DNA of 64,000 nucleotides from Haplodiscus bocki (lineage: Eukaryota). The stretch covers positions 26,970,001 to 27,034,000 of the forward strand of contig OZ296657.1 of assembly GCA_965655095.1 (NCBI GenBank), in the 5' to 3' direction. The position numbers and the translations under genes are program-made. The notes below the pieces were generated by a model, which was given only the letters and a program-made list of their open reading frames with translations, searched no databases and was not told the origin of the DNA. This document shows positions 14,200 through 25,990 of this stretch, piece after piece (position 1 is the stretch's first letter; the number at the start of each line of letters is the position of its first letter).

Positions 14200-16400
14200 G
14201 TATTCAAACTCATTTTCTCAGCAACTACATCTTCAATTTCTCCCATCAAGACCTTTCTCAGAAACGATCAAATTCCAAAAGAAGATTTGATTCAAGGGCA
14301 ACATTTTTGATCATTGGAATAAAACAATGATACTGCAAAAATTCTATAGAATGGCCTTTAATTACGACTTTTCTCGATTTTCAAATTCTTTTTTTCTCAC
14401 TTTGCCTTGGATTCGATTTCTTTGATCAAGGTCTCAATGAAACGAATTACATTTGTAGCGGGTTAATAAAAAAAGTCTTCGCTTTCGATCCTTCTTTCAT
14501 CAGAACAAATAGTGTCCAAACTTTTTTAATAAAAATCCATAGATTTTGTTTTATCTGTTTTCTAGCTCTTAATCCTCCGTAACAGCAGGCTTACTGTCAA
14601 TCAACGAGATCTCCTTGCAAAACTTTACTTCAGTGAAAGACCCTTTCATGAGAAATTTATTGATTCTGTTTCTTGCATCAAAAACTTTGTTAGTCTGCGT
14701 TTTCAAAAAGGGCTACTAAACCTTAAAAATGATTCACATGGACATTCACACTTATTTCTGTCCTTAACTACATGCTTGATTTCTTCAGACAATATCCCAA
14801 CCCAATGTTTTTTAATTGAACAAGAGTTTGCGATTGAAAAAGTTTTTTTTACAAAATCTTGCTAAAAAATTGTCGATAGACCGCAAAATTCGAGAAAAAG
14901 CTTTTGATGAAGGTTCAATTCGAATATCGAATGCCTGTGTCTGCGTAACTACATGCACGATTCTTTTCATCAAGGTCTCAACCAAAAAATTCACAGTGAG
15001 AGCAACAGGATAAAAAAGTCCTTAAGTGTGTCCCTTGCCATGAAATCCTGGAAGTTCCAGTGTTCAAAAATTAACAAAAGTGTTGATTTATCTCCAGATT
15101 CAAAATCCTATTTCTTGCTAACCGCCAACTTGATTTTATTCAGCAAGGTCTCAATCAGAACCTTCCAAATGCGCACTTTTAAACGAGTAAATTGTTTTTT
15201 GTTTCGACATTTGCTTTAGAACTCTGATTATCCGACGATTCAATTTTTGTTAATTTTTTGATTCACCTCCATAGTCAGTGTCATATTTTTTCGTAACTAC
15301 ATCCTGGACTTCTTCCAACAAAAAAGCAATCGAACGATTGACACTTGTGCTAATCGGTTCTGAATAAGTTTTTTCTGTCCTTTAGATCGGACATCTGTTT
15401 GTCCGTTGATTATATTATGGGCTATTAGTTTTGATTCATCACGAGACACAAAACCGTTTTCGACGTAACTACCAACTTAAATTCTTCCACCAAGGTCTCA
15501 ATGGACAAACACTTCTTCACACATGAAATACGGTTTTCAGAAGCAAAAAGTTTTGTTCATTGTGTCGGATTTTTGATCTTTCGAAGTTGCTACTAGTTTC
15601 GAAATTTTTTTTCTTCCATTCCATAGCTCTTCATAGTCAACGACATAATATCTTGTATCAAGGTCTCAATCTAAAAATTTGAAAAAAAATGATTGTCTAT
15701 TCTTTTTCAAAGTGACCAATTTTGCTTTTGCTTCGCAAGCTTGATATTCCGTGAATGCGAAAATGCTCCTGCTTTTGACGAATCTTTTCATTCAAACAAG
15801 TATTTTTCCATAACCACAGGGGTTTACCTTTTCCCACTACGGTCACAACCAAGCATTTCTCATTTTTGAGGTTTTTTGAGTCCGCACAACTATCATTGTC
15901 GTTCCTGCATTGGACTCGTTGTATTTCAGAAAAGCCAGAGATTTTCATAAACTTGACTCACCTCGATTTTTGAAATCGTGTGTCTCCAATACTATTGACA
16001 TGATTTCAATCTTGAAAGTCTTAATCCAGAGGTATTCATTTTTGTTGAAATATACAGGTGAACTTCTTCAATTCGTTTGTGCAGTTGAAGCATAGTGGAT
16101 CAGAAAGTCCAGAAAAATATGATAATCCTGATTTTCCTTGATTTTTGAAATGCATGTTTCTTCAGCTCTACCAGCTTCATTTTTCTGTCCTGGTGTCAAT
16201 CGATAACTTTTCATTTGCAGCAGACAACTCGTTGCCAAAAACCGTGAACTTTGTCCTGTACATTGAAATTGGAGTTTTGATTGACAAAGAAAATCCAAAA
16301 TGCTACAAATATTGAGATTTCTCGATATTCTAATTCATTTTTTCAAAAACAACAAAACTGGAATCATCTTTCAAGGGCTTAATTATCGGACGGCTTTTTG
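14200..16400 (-). repeat. Degenerate ~177-bp tandem repeat (same family as 7.86-9.13 kb, inverted)
   Basis: taactac...caaggtctcaat variants at ~14222, 14400, 14580, 14765, 14945, 15120, 15293, 15465, 15638, 15990, 16170, 16350. Minus-strand translation e.g. VETLMKRIVHVVT. Confidence 0.65.
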
Positions 16401-19095
16401 GAGAAACAAGTGTTCCTTTTTTAGATGGAAGATTCTTTCATTGTGTGCCTCGGAGTAGAATGTTGATAAGCTGAAAGTGCAAAAGGGTCCAAATAAAATT
16501 CCCTTCTTGTCCAATTTCAACCTGGGAAAACTCTAAGGCCATCAGTTTGTGTTCTACAAAAAGTGTGCATCGGGACGTTTTCACAAAAACTGGGGTATTT
16601 GCGATAAAGAAACGTTGTTACGTTCGGCAAATTTTTTGTGCGCCAAATTGATCGAAAAAATTGCAATACGACTGCTTCTTTCTGTAGATTTTTTGCAATT
16701 GTTTTGATTGATTCGTCAAAATTCATTTTCCAATTTTTTCAAATTTAACTTTGCTGCATAAGCTGAGTTTAGGCATCAGTAAAAATATACGGTTCAATTG
16801 TCTCCTTCGCCCCAGAAAACCTGTTCTAAGGATTGATTTTGAAACTTTTTGTGAAAAATTTTACAATCATTCAAATTTTTATTGTCAGTGAATCAAAATG
16901 ATTTTTTCTTCAAAGTTTTCATTTCCTCATGCGTCACTTGGTTTTCTAACAAGGATTGGTCTATAGTTTTATCAAAGATTTTCTGCTAAAGTTGAGTTAG
17001 CAGAAAAAATAATCCGGTGCAGGGCTTTACCTTAGGTGTTCTCAGGAGCACCTAAGGTCTTCTTCAGTCATTTCTCCGTAACGTCTTTAACCAGTTGACA
17101 CAGTACTTAGAATTCTTTTTCTGATAATTCAGGCCCTGTTGCGGTCGCATAGTTTCCACTTCTGGTATTAATTCTAAAATCGATAGTTTCCAGATTAATC
17201 ATTTGGGTTGGATTGATTTCCTCTACTTTCCTCACTGGGTCCTCCTCCAAGTCACTCGCAAGAAATCTTTCTGGTTTCAGACATTTTGTTTTCAATCTAA
17301 TTTCTGAAAAAAATTCATTGTAAATTTTGAGAGCAATTCAAATTGAGAGTGCGTTTTAAGCAAGACGATTGAGAATACTGCTAACTCAACAAAAGAAGTA
17401 GTGAAGAAAATGCAATGGGATTTTTGATTAAGCCTCAGAAGACTGGAGGATGTTGTCGATATTTCAGATTTTTGCCGAGGTAGCTGGAATTGAGAGGCGC
17501 GCTGCTAGCGCTCCCATTTATATTTTTCGCCAGTTGCTTCTAAGTAGTCATTTAAAAATAGGGACAGTTAGCACCATTTTGACGCCGGTCTTTTTCTATT
17601 ATGTTTTCAGGTTAACAATCTAACGTCAAAACTTTAAAAAAAAAACATTTCCAGTGGCCACGATATCTCGAGAAAACATGCTTCGAAAAAAACTTCAAGG
17701 CGTAATTTTTAACCTAAATCGAAAAAAGGAGAAAAGGCTGCAAGACTAATGAAAAGAATTTTGAAGACTTTTTGTAGACGATTGTTTGAAAGATGCGAAT
17801 TGATGATGTGTTACAACAGTCTGCTGCCCAGTGTAAAAAAAATATTTCCGAAGTCATGCGGGCCAATTAATTTGTCGGTCCTGAAACAATTCACTTGTGT
17901 CTTTTCACTTTTTGTTGGTCGCTAAATGAAATTCAATTCAAGAAACTACTTTTCGAAGTTGACGTATCCAGCGGCTAGCTTGGAGCTGAAAACACGGGTA
18001 CAGATCTTGCTAAAAAGCCGACCACCATTTTGTTTTAACTCGCTCTGATATGTTTTTATAGCAAATATTGTGGAATTCATGTGTCCGCGGCAATTTATCT
18101 CAACTACAATTTGCATAAAACCGAGTCAAAGCTTTCAAAGTGAAGAATTGGAGGAAGCAATCATTCCCTCTTAATGGTTATGACTCACTGAAAACGACTA
18201 TATGAACTAAATTTTGACATCTTAGCATAACTTGCAACTTAAAGCGTCCTCGAAAAAAAATTAAAGTCATTTTTTGTCAATTTTTTGTCAGGAGGATATT
18301 TTTTTCTAAGCAGGCTGCGGGGAAATACTGAAGAGATTCGTGGAGTTCTTTCTGAGGTAAAAGTTTTAAATACGTAGTTTTCAGAATCATTTCTCAAGTC
18401 AAGTAATTTTATAGTTTTTGCTTGAGAAACACTTTTCAGAAACATTGCCTAAAAGTAGGTTGATCAGATTTTAATAAAGTGCTCAACTGGGGTTGGAAAT
18501 TTCCAAAATTGGTTTTTCCTAAATTTGCATTACACAGATTTCAAAGACAAAAACGAGTGCAAACTCGATAAACGAAAGGAAACTATTACTACGGACAATT
18601 TTGGAAGATCCTAATAGTAGTCTTCATCATCGATTGTCGCAGCACAGCTGCGAGGAACGCCGCCAGACCCTACCAAACCGAAAGACACCCTGATGCTCAA
18701 ACTAACCCAAACACTACATACATTTAATCTAAACTGTACACTTTTAGTGAAAAACGCAATTTTAACTATTGTCCATATAAACGGACAAGTTTCTAATACA
18801 TATTTGAACAAGTGAAAAATAGAATTTGGTACGTATTTATACGAAACCAAACTAATCCGGACTCGGACAGAATCGTTACCGAACAGACAAGTATTTTTAG
18901 AGTAATAATTACCTAAAAGGTGCTATTTCTACAATATTAATATTATCTAATTGCCAAATGAAAATCCAACTCTTTCAAGGAAACTTGGCTGCTTGATTGA
19001 TTGCAATAAGTGCAGTTTAAATGCAGACTGTAAATAGATTAACGCAATACGCAGATTATCTGATTTTGAGTGTATTGACTCTCGGAGTGAACATT

Positions 19096-20336
19096 TGTTT
19101 CGTACGTGTTCCGTCGCTACTAGTCTGGTGACGTCACTTGTACTATGCCATGCTGCAGTGCTGTGGTGATCAGGCAGTGATTCCAGATTCCTCTTCATTT
19201 CAGCACAGACCACTACCACTACCAGTGAACACGGAATTATCCTGGAACCACTAATCGCTACTCGTACGAATGAGGAGTAAACTAGTAGCCCTACTAGTTT
19301 CTCCTCCTTTTTACCGAGTAAAAACCGATGACCTGATATAAATAGCGATAAAGTGAGCACGAGGGTGATAACTGTTTCCACTTTTCACCTTGATTTCTTC
19401 TTCAGTGTTAATATTTTCTTCTTCAGGTCAAGAGATTTTTTTTAGTTTCCTGACCAAAGGAAATATTCAATCTTTTCCCTTTTTTGCAGGATACCTTTTT
19501 AAAATTCAAATATTATGTCGGCGCGGGAATAAACACTCTGATGTTTATCTCTGACGGATTAGGTTCGTCCATTTTCTGTCAACAGACGGAAAAAGCGCGT
19601 CCTATGAGGGAAGAGCTGGATGGAATAGTTGATTATTTCCCGCCAGAGTCGGCATTCTGACTTTGACGTTGTAGTTTATAAATTACTTTTCCCTATCTGT
19701 ACCCCGACTTGGCGTGTAAACAGTTATGTTTTCGGCCAAGGAAATTGTATAAACAGGAGAACTGGAAGTACAGATGATTGGATTTTTGTTATCTTTCTGT
19801 AAAGCTGACGATAATGCCCAGTACTGTTACTTCCATACATTGTTTTATTCACTGACTGTAAACAGTAAGTTGATTTTCCCTTCAGTAAAAAACAATCAAA
19901 TGTTAATCACCGACAATCACATTTCCTGTTGAAAATGGTAGCTCTGAAAAAAAGAAGAAATTGGCAGCTTTAGAAAAAGAAAATTGTGAGGAACATCCTA
20001 GAAGCAATTTGGCACAAAACTCAAATGTTGCCAGATCATAAGAAGGTTACAAAACTCAAGTTTCCGAAGAAAACGAGGGAAAGGTCTCAAAGAAGTTATC
20101 TCAGCAGTTCAGTAGTAGAGAAAATTGCATACTGGGTGCGTTATCACGTCTTGACGACTTTTTGATGAACCTGCTAATTCAAGGCCACTCCGGAACCGCC
20201 CCGGAGACGTTCCGCAACGCCTATGTTACAAACCAGGGAACGAATAAGGATGACTCCCAGAATGATCCTCATTCTGAAGCAGGCCTCTAGCGGAGCCAGA
20301 CGACACGAAACTTTGGCCCAGAAGATGGTCACGACA
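19096..20336 (+). mobile_element. LTR family 1, copy A (TGTT...GACA, 1241 bp) with degenerate internal ORF from 19935
   Basis: Colinear with 38846-40092 (start tgtt..gttccgtcg..ctagtctggtgac; gtcggcgcgggaat; tttcccgccagagtcggcatt; ttggcgtgtaaaca). ORF relic KKLAA..QVSEENEGKVSKKLSQQFSSRENCILGALSRLDDFL..NDPH..GHD. Confidence 0.7.
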
Positions 20337-20354
20337 TAGTGACAAAAGCGGGAC
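20337..20354 (+). promoter_or_regulatory. Degenerate primer-binding site, tRNA-Leu-like
   Basis: TAGTGACAAAAGCGGGAC directly after the terminal CA; 13/18 match to TGGTGTCAGAAGTGGGAT (complement of a tRNA-Leu 3' end). Confidence 0.45.
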
Positions 20355-20891
20355 TGTTTTGTATTGTTTGTGGGAATGCCTATGGCCTGGTTTGTACCAT
20401 AGGCGTTCCGGGACGTCTTGTACTAAACTCCTGAGTAAACTTTTTTGTGACTCTTCACTCATTTTTTTGAGAAACTTGAAATATGTAACCTTTTTGTGAT
20501 CTGGGAACATTCAAGTTTTGTGCCAAATTGCTCTTAGGTTGTTCCTCACAGTTTCACAATTTGCGCTTTTTTAATGCTGCCAATTTCTTTTTTTTTCAGA
20601 GCTACCATTTTTCACAGGAAAAATGATTGTCCGTTTTTAACATTTGATTGTTTTTTACTGAAGGGAAAATCAACTTACTGTTTACAGTCAGTGAATAAAA
20701 CAATGTATGGAAGTAACAGTACTGGGTATTATCGTCAGTTTTACAGAAAGATAAAAAAAATCCAATCATCTGTACTTTCAGTTCTCCTGTTAATACCTTT
20801 TCTTTGGCGGAAAACAACTGTTTACACGCCAAGTCGGGGTAATGATAGGGAAAAGTAATTTATAAATTACAACATCAAAGTCAGAATGCCG

Positions 20892-21091
20892 NNNNNNNNN
20901 NNNNNNNNNNNNNNNNNNNNNNNNNNNNNNNNNNNNNNNNNNNNNNNNNNNNNNNNNNNNNNNNNNNNNNNNNNNNNNNNNNNNNNNNNNNNNNNNNNNN
21001 NNNNNNNNNNNNNNNNNNNNNNNNNNNNNNNNNNNNNNNNNNNNNNNNNNNNNNNNNNNNNNNNNNNNNNNNNNNNNNNNNNNNNNNNNNN
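20892..21091. other. Assembly gap (200 N placeholder)
   Basis: Run of exactly 200 N. Confidence 0.99.
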
Positions 21092-21817
21092 GACTTTGAC
21101 GTTGTAGTTTATAAATTACTTTTCCCTATCTGTACCCCGACTTGGCGTGTAAACAGTTATGTTTTCGGCCAAGGAAATTGTATAAACAGGAGAACTGGAA
21201 GTACAGATGATTGGATTTTTGTTATCTTTCTGTAAAGCTGACGATAATGCCCAGTACTGTTACTTCCATACATTGTTTTATTCACTGACTGTAAACAGTA
21301 AGTTGATTTTCCCTTCAGTAAAAAACAATCAAATGTTAATCACCGACAATCACATTTCCTGTTGAAAATGGTAGCTCTGAAAAAAAGAAGAAATTGGCAG
21401 CTTTAGAAAAAGAAAATTGTGAGGAACATCCTAGAAGCAATTTGGCACAAAACTCAAATGTTGCCAGATCATAAGAAGGTTACAAAACTCAAGTTTCCGA
21501 AGAAAACGAGGGAAAGGTCTCAAAGAAGTTATCTCAGCAGTTCAGTAGTAGAGAAAATTGCATACTGGGTGCGTTATCACGTCTTGACGACTTTTTGATG
21601 AACCTGCTAATTCAAGGCCACTCCGGAACCGCCCCGGAGACGTTCCGCAACGCCTATGTTACAAACCAGGGAACGAATAAGGATGACTCCCAGAATGATC
21701 CTCATTCTGAAGCAGGCCTCTAGCGGAGCCAGACGACACGAAACTTTGGCCCAGAAGATGGTCACGCATAGTGACAAAAGCGGGACTGTTTTGTATTGTT
21801 TGTGGGAATGCCTATGG

Positions 21818-22877
21818 CCTGGTTTGTACCATAGGCGTTCCGGGACGTCTTGTACTAAACTCCTGAGTAAACTTTTTTGTGACTCTTCACTCATTTTTTT
21901 GAGAAACTTGAAATATGTAACCTTTTTGTGATCTGGGAACATTCAAGTTTTGTGCCAAATTGCTCTTAGGTTGTTCCTCACAGTTTCACAATTTGCGCTT
22001 TTTTAATGCTGCCAATTTCTTTTTTTTTCAGAGCTACCATTTTTCACAGGAAAAATGATTGTCCGTTTTTAACATTTGATTGTTTTTTACTGAAGGGAAA
22101 ATCAACTTACTGTTTACAGTCAGTGAATAAAACAATGTATGGAAGTAACAGTACTGGGTATTATCGTCAGTTTTACAGAAAGATAAAAAAAATCCAATCA
22201 TCTGTACTTTCAGTTCTCCTGTTAATACCTTTTCTTTGGCGGAAAACAACTGTTTACACGCCAAGTCGGGGTAATGATAGGGAAAAGTAATTTATAAATT
22301 ACAACATCAAAGTCAGAATGCCGACTCTGGCGGGAAATAATCAACTATTCCATCCAGCTCTTCCCTCATAGGACGCGCTTTTTCCGTCTGTTGACAGAAA
22401 ATGGACGAACCTAATCCGTCAGAGATAAACATCAGAGTGTTTATTCCCGCGCCGACATAAAATTTGAAGTTTAAAAAGGTATCCTGCAAAAAAAGGGAAA
22501 AGATTGAATATTTCCTTTGGTCAGGAAACTAAAAAAATCTCTTGACCTGAAGAAGAAAATACTAACACTGAAGAAGAAATCAAGGTGAAAAGTGGAAACA
22601 GTTATCACCCTCGTGCTCACTTTATCGCTATTTATATCAGGTCATCGGTTTTTACTCGGTAAAAAGGAGGAGAAACTAGTAGGGCTACTAGTTTACTCCT
22701 CATTCGTACGAGTAGCGATTAGTGGTTCCAGGATAATTCCGTGTTCACTGGTAGTGGTAGTGGTCTGTGCTGAAATGAAGAGGAATCTGGAATCACTGCC
22801 TGATCACCACAGCACTGCAGCATGGCATAGTACAAGTGACGTCACCAGACTAGTAGCGACGGAACACGTACGAAACA
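21818..22877 (-). mobile_element. LTR family 1, inverted 3'-truncated copy in right palindrome arm (its inner part also appears at 20386-20891)
   Basis: Reverse complement of 19096-20236 with a ~90-bp internal deletion. Confidence 0.7.
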
Positions 22878-25379
22878 AATGTTCACTCCGAGAGTCAATA
22901 CACTCAAAATCAGATAATCTGCGTATTGCGTTAATCTATTTACAGTCTGCATTTAAACTGCACTTATTGCAATCAATCAAGCAGCCAAGTTTCCTTGAAA
23001 GAGTTGGATTTTCATTTGGCAATTAGATAATATTAATATTGTAGAAATAGCACCTTTTAGGTAATTATTACTCTAAAAATACTTGTCTGTTCCGTAACGA
23101 TTCTGTCCGAGTCCGGATTAGTTTGGTTTCGTATAAATACGTACCAAATTCTATTTTTCACTTGTTCAAATATGTATTAGAAACTTGTCCGTTTATATGG
23201 ACAATAGTTAAAATTGCGTTTTTCACTAAAAGTGTACAGTTTAGATTAAATGTATGTAGTGTTTGGGTTAGTTTGAGCATCAGGGTGTCTTTCGGTTTGG
23301 TAGGGTCTGGCGGCGTTCCTCGCAGCTGTGCTGCGACAATCGATGATGAAGACTACTATTAGGATCTTCCAAAATTGTCCGTAGTAATAGTTTCCTTTCG
23401 TTTATCGAGTTTGCACTCGTTTTTGTCTTTGAAATCTGTGTAATGCAAATTTAGGAAAAACCAATTTTGGAAATTTCCAACCCCAGTTGAGCACTTTATT
23501 AAAATCTGATCAACCTACTTTTAGGCAATGTTTCTGAAAAGTGTTTCTCAAGCAAAAACTATAAAATTACTTGACTTGAGAAATGATTCTGAAAACTACG
23601 TATTTAAAACTTTTACCTCAGAAAGAACTCCACGAATCTCTTCAGTATTTCCCCGCAGCCTGCTTAGAAAAAATATCCTCCTGACAAAAAATTGACAAAA
23701 AATGACTTTAATTTTTTTTCGAGGACGCTTTAAGTTGCAAGTTATGCTAAGATGTCAAAATTTAGTTCATATAGTCGTTTTCAGTGAGTCATAACCATTA
23801 AGAGGGAATGATTGCTTCCTCCAATTCTTCACTTTGAAAGCTTTGACTCGGTTTTATGCAAATTGTAGTTGAGATAAATTGCCGCGGACACATGAATTCC
23901 ACAATATTTGCTATAAAAACATATCAGAGCGAGTTAAAACAAAATGGTGGTCGGCTTTTTAGCAAGATCTGTACCCGTGTTTTCAGCTCCAAGCTAGCCG
24001 CTGGATACGTCAACTTCGAAAAGTAGTTTCTTGAATTGAATTTCATTTAGCGACCAACAAAAAGTGAAAAGACACAAGTGAATTGTTTCAGGACCGACAA
24101 ATTAATTGGCCCGCATGACTTCGGAAATATTTTTTTTACACTGGGCAGCAGACTGTTGTAACACATCATCAATTCGCATCTTTCAAACAATCGTCTACAA
24201 AAAGTCTTCAAAATTCTTTTCATTAGTCTTGCAGCCTTTTCTCCTTTTTTCGATTTAGGTTAAAAATTACGCCTTGAAGTTTTTTTCGAAGCATGTTTTC
24301 TCGAGATATCGTGGCCACTGGAAATGTTTTTTTTTAAAGTTTTGACGTTAGATTGTTAACCTGAAAACATAATAGAAAAAGACCGGCGTCAAAATGGTGC
24401 TAACTTTCCCTATTTTTAAATGACTACTTAGAAGCAACTGGCGAAAAATATAAATGGGAGCGCTAGCAGCGCGCCTCTCAATTCCAGCTACCTCGGCAAA
24501 AATCTGAAATATCGACAACATCCTCCAGTCTTCTGAGGCTTAATCAAAAATCCCATTGCATTTTCTTCACTACTTCTTTTGTTGAGTTAGCAGTATTCTC
24601 AATCGTCTTGCTTAAAACGCACTCTCAATTTGAATTGCTCTCAAAATTTACAATGAATTCAGAAGTTAGATTGAAAACAAAAAGTCTAAAACGTGAAAGA
24701 TTTCTTGCGAGTGACTTGGAGGAGGACCCAGTGAGGTGTTTAGTGTCTGCAGGGTCCCATAACGTTTTTAGAATCACAAAAACACAATGCCTAGGCCTAT
24801 CTGTTTTAGGTGATATGTTTAAAGTTTTGATTCTCTCAAGAATGTTTCCCAACATGAGCGAAATTTTGGCAATTTTTGAATGAGTATCTCTAATAGAAGC
24901 TAGGAACCATGCAATTAAAATGAAAAACCGATTCTCTGAATACATTGGTGAATTGTGTTTGAATGACACTGGTTAGGCTAGTAGCCTTCATAAATGATTT
25001 AAATTTTTGAATTCTTCAGTCAAAAACTAGGTAAAACAAAAGTAGTCTAGATTGTTGTTGGGAAAGTTTCGGTAGTGCATTGGAGGTTTCTGATTTTTGA
25101 GACAAAACCAGAACATTCAAAATTCATTTTTATGATACCCGTAGATTCTCCTTTTTGCAGAAACCTTGTCAATAAATTTGTAACATAGCCAAGCTTCAAC
25201 ATGCTGTATCTCCTTTTTTCTCCTTTAGGGAGTGGTTTTCAGAATTACATCAAAACTTGCGAAAAGATCTCTAACTTCCAAACTTTTCGACGAAAAACTT
25301 TATAGAACTCGCGTATTACAGAGTACTATTTGTGTCCAAACGTACATCAAATATAATAATAGATTTAATTTAGAAGACA

Positions 25380-25990
25380 CACAAGATAGCTGCGCCTGTA
25401 TGTTTTCTCATTCATCTGTTTGTTGATGGAGATACTCCAATCATCTCAAAAATCCATATGCTACTCTAGTTTTCAAAAACAATGACACAGAAGATCTCAA
25501 AAGCTTCAGACCACTTTCTCAAGGAGCACTTCATCAAAATTTTATGAGAAAGTGATTGGGCAGCAGATAACAGGATAACTTGACAATAAAAAACTAAGGA
25601 GTTAAATGCAATTTCGATTAGGAAAGAAACTTTACCGCCGATGCACTATCATTTGCCACTCAGAACATACAGGAGTAAGTTAAGATTAATGTTGCAACTG
25701 CGACCTTCATTGATTTATCAAAAAAATTTCGACTTCCTTTCGCAGAGAATCTCATAAGAAAACTTGATACACTAAATCTACCCCGGAAGTGATGTCTACA
25801 ATAAGCCGTTTTCTCACCGGATGGATCCAAGAAGTGGTTTCACCAAAGTATCTTCAGAGCTGATTGAACTATATCAATTTGTTCCACAAAACTCTTTGTT
25901 AGGTCCTCTTTTTTCAAAATCTAAGTGAATAGTATGCTACGTGTACTTCAAGAGCCTTCAAAGTATGCCGATGGCACAAATCCTTTTCGC
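25380..25990 (+). pseudogene. Decayed non-LTR (LINE, CR1/L2-like) reverse transcriptase
   Basis: Ordered RT motifs: NHLKNPYATLVFKNNDTEDLKSFRPLS, QFR, ADALSFATQNI, ATFIDLSKKF, VPQNSLLGPLF (GVPQGSVLGP), YADG (YADD); multiple frameshifts. Confidence 0.8.

Larger units (their letters stand above)
19659..22323 (+). repeat. Direct duplication 19659-20891 / 21092-22323 across gap
   Basis: Identical apart from one 1-bp indel seen (acgacatag vs acgcatag); separated by exactly 200 N. Confidence 0.95.
17230..24736. repeat. Large inverted repeat (palindrome), arms ~3 kb
   Basis: 17312-19666 is the reverse complement of 22307-24659 with ~6 differences seen. Mirrored identical ORFs appear in the track (18947..19381/22592..23026; 18611..18850/23123..23362). 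The outer ~80 bp and inner ~570 bp are more diverged. Confidence 0.97.

Noticed and set aside
18611-23362. Duplicated identical ORFs (144, 79, 94, 76 aa) as a gene family
   Set aside because: Explained by the palindrome and the gap-flanking duplication; several have non-ATG starts and no recognisable domains.
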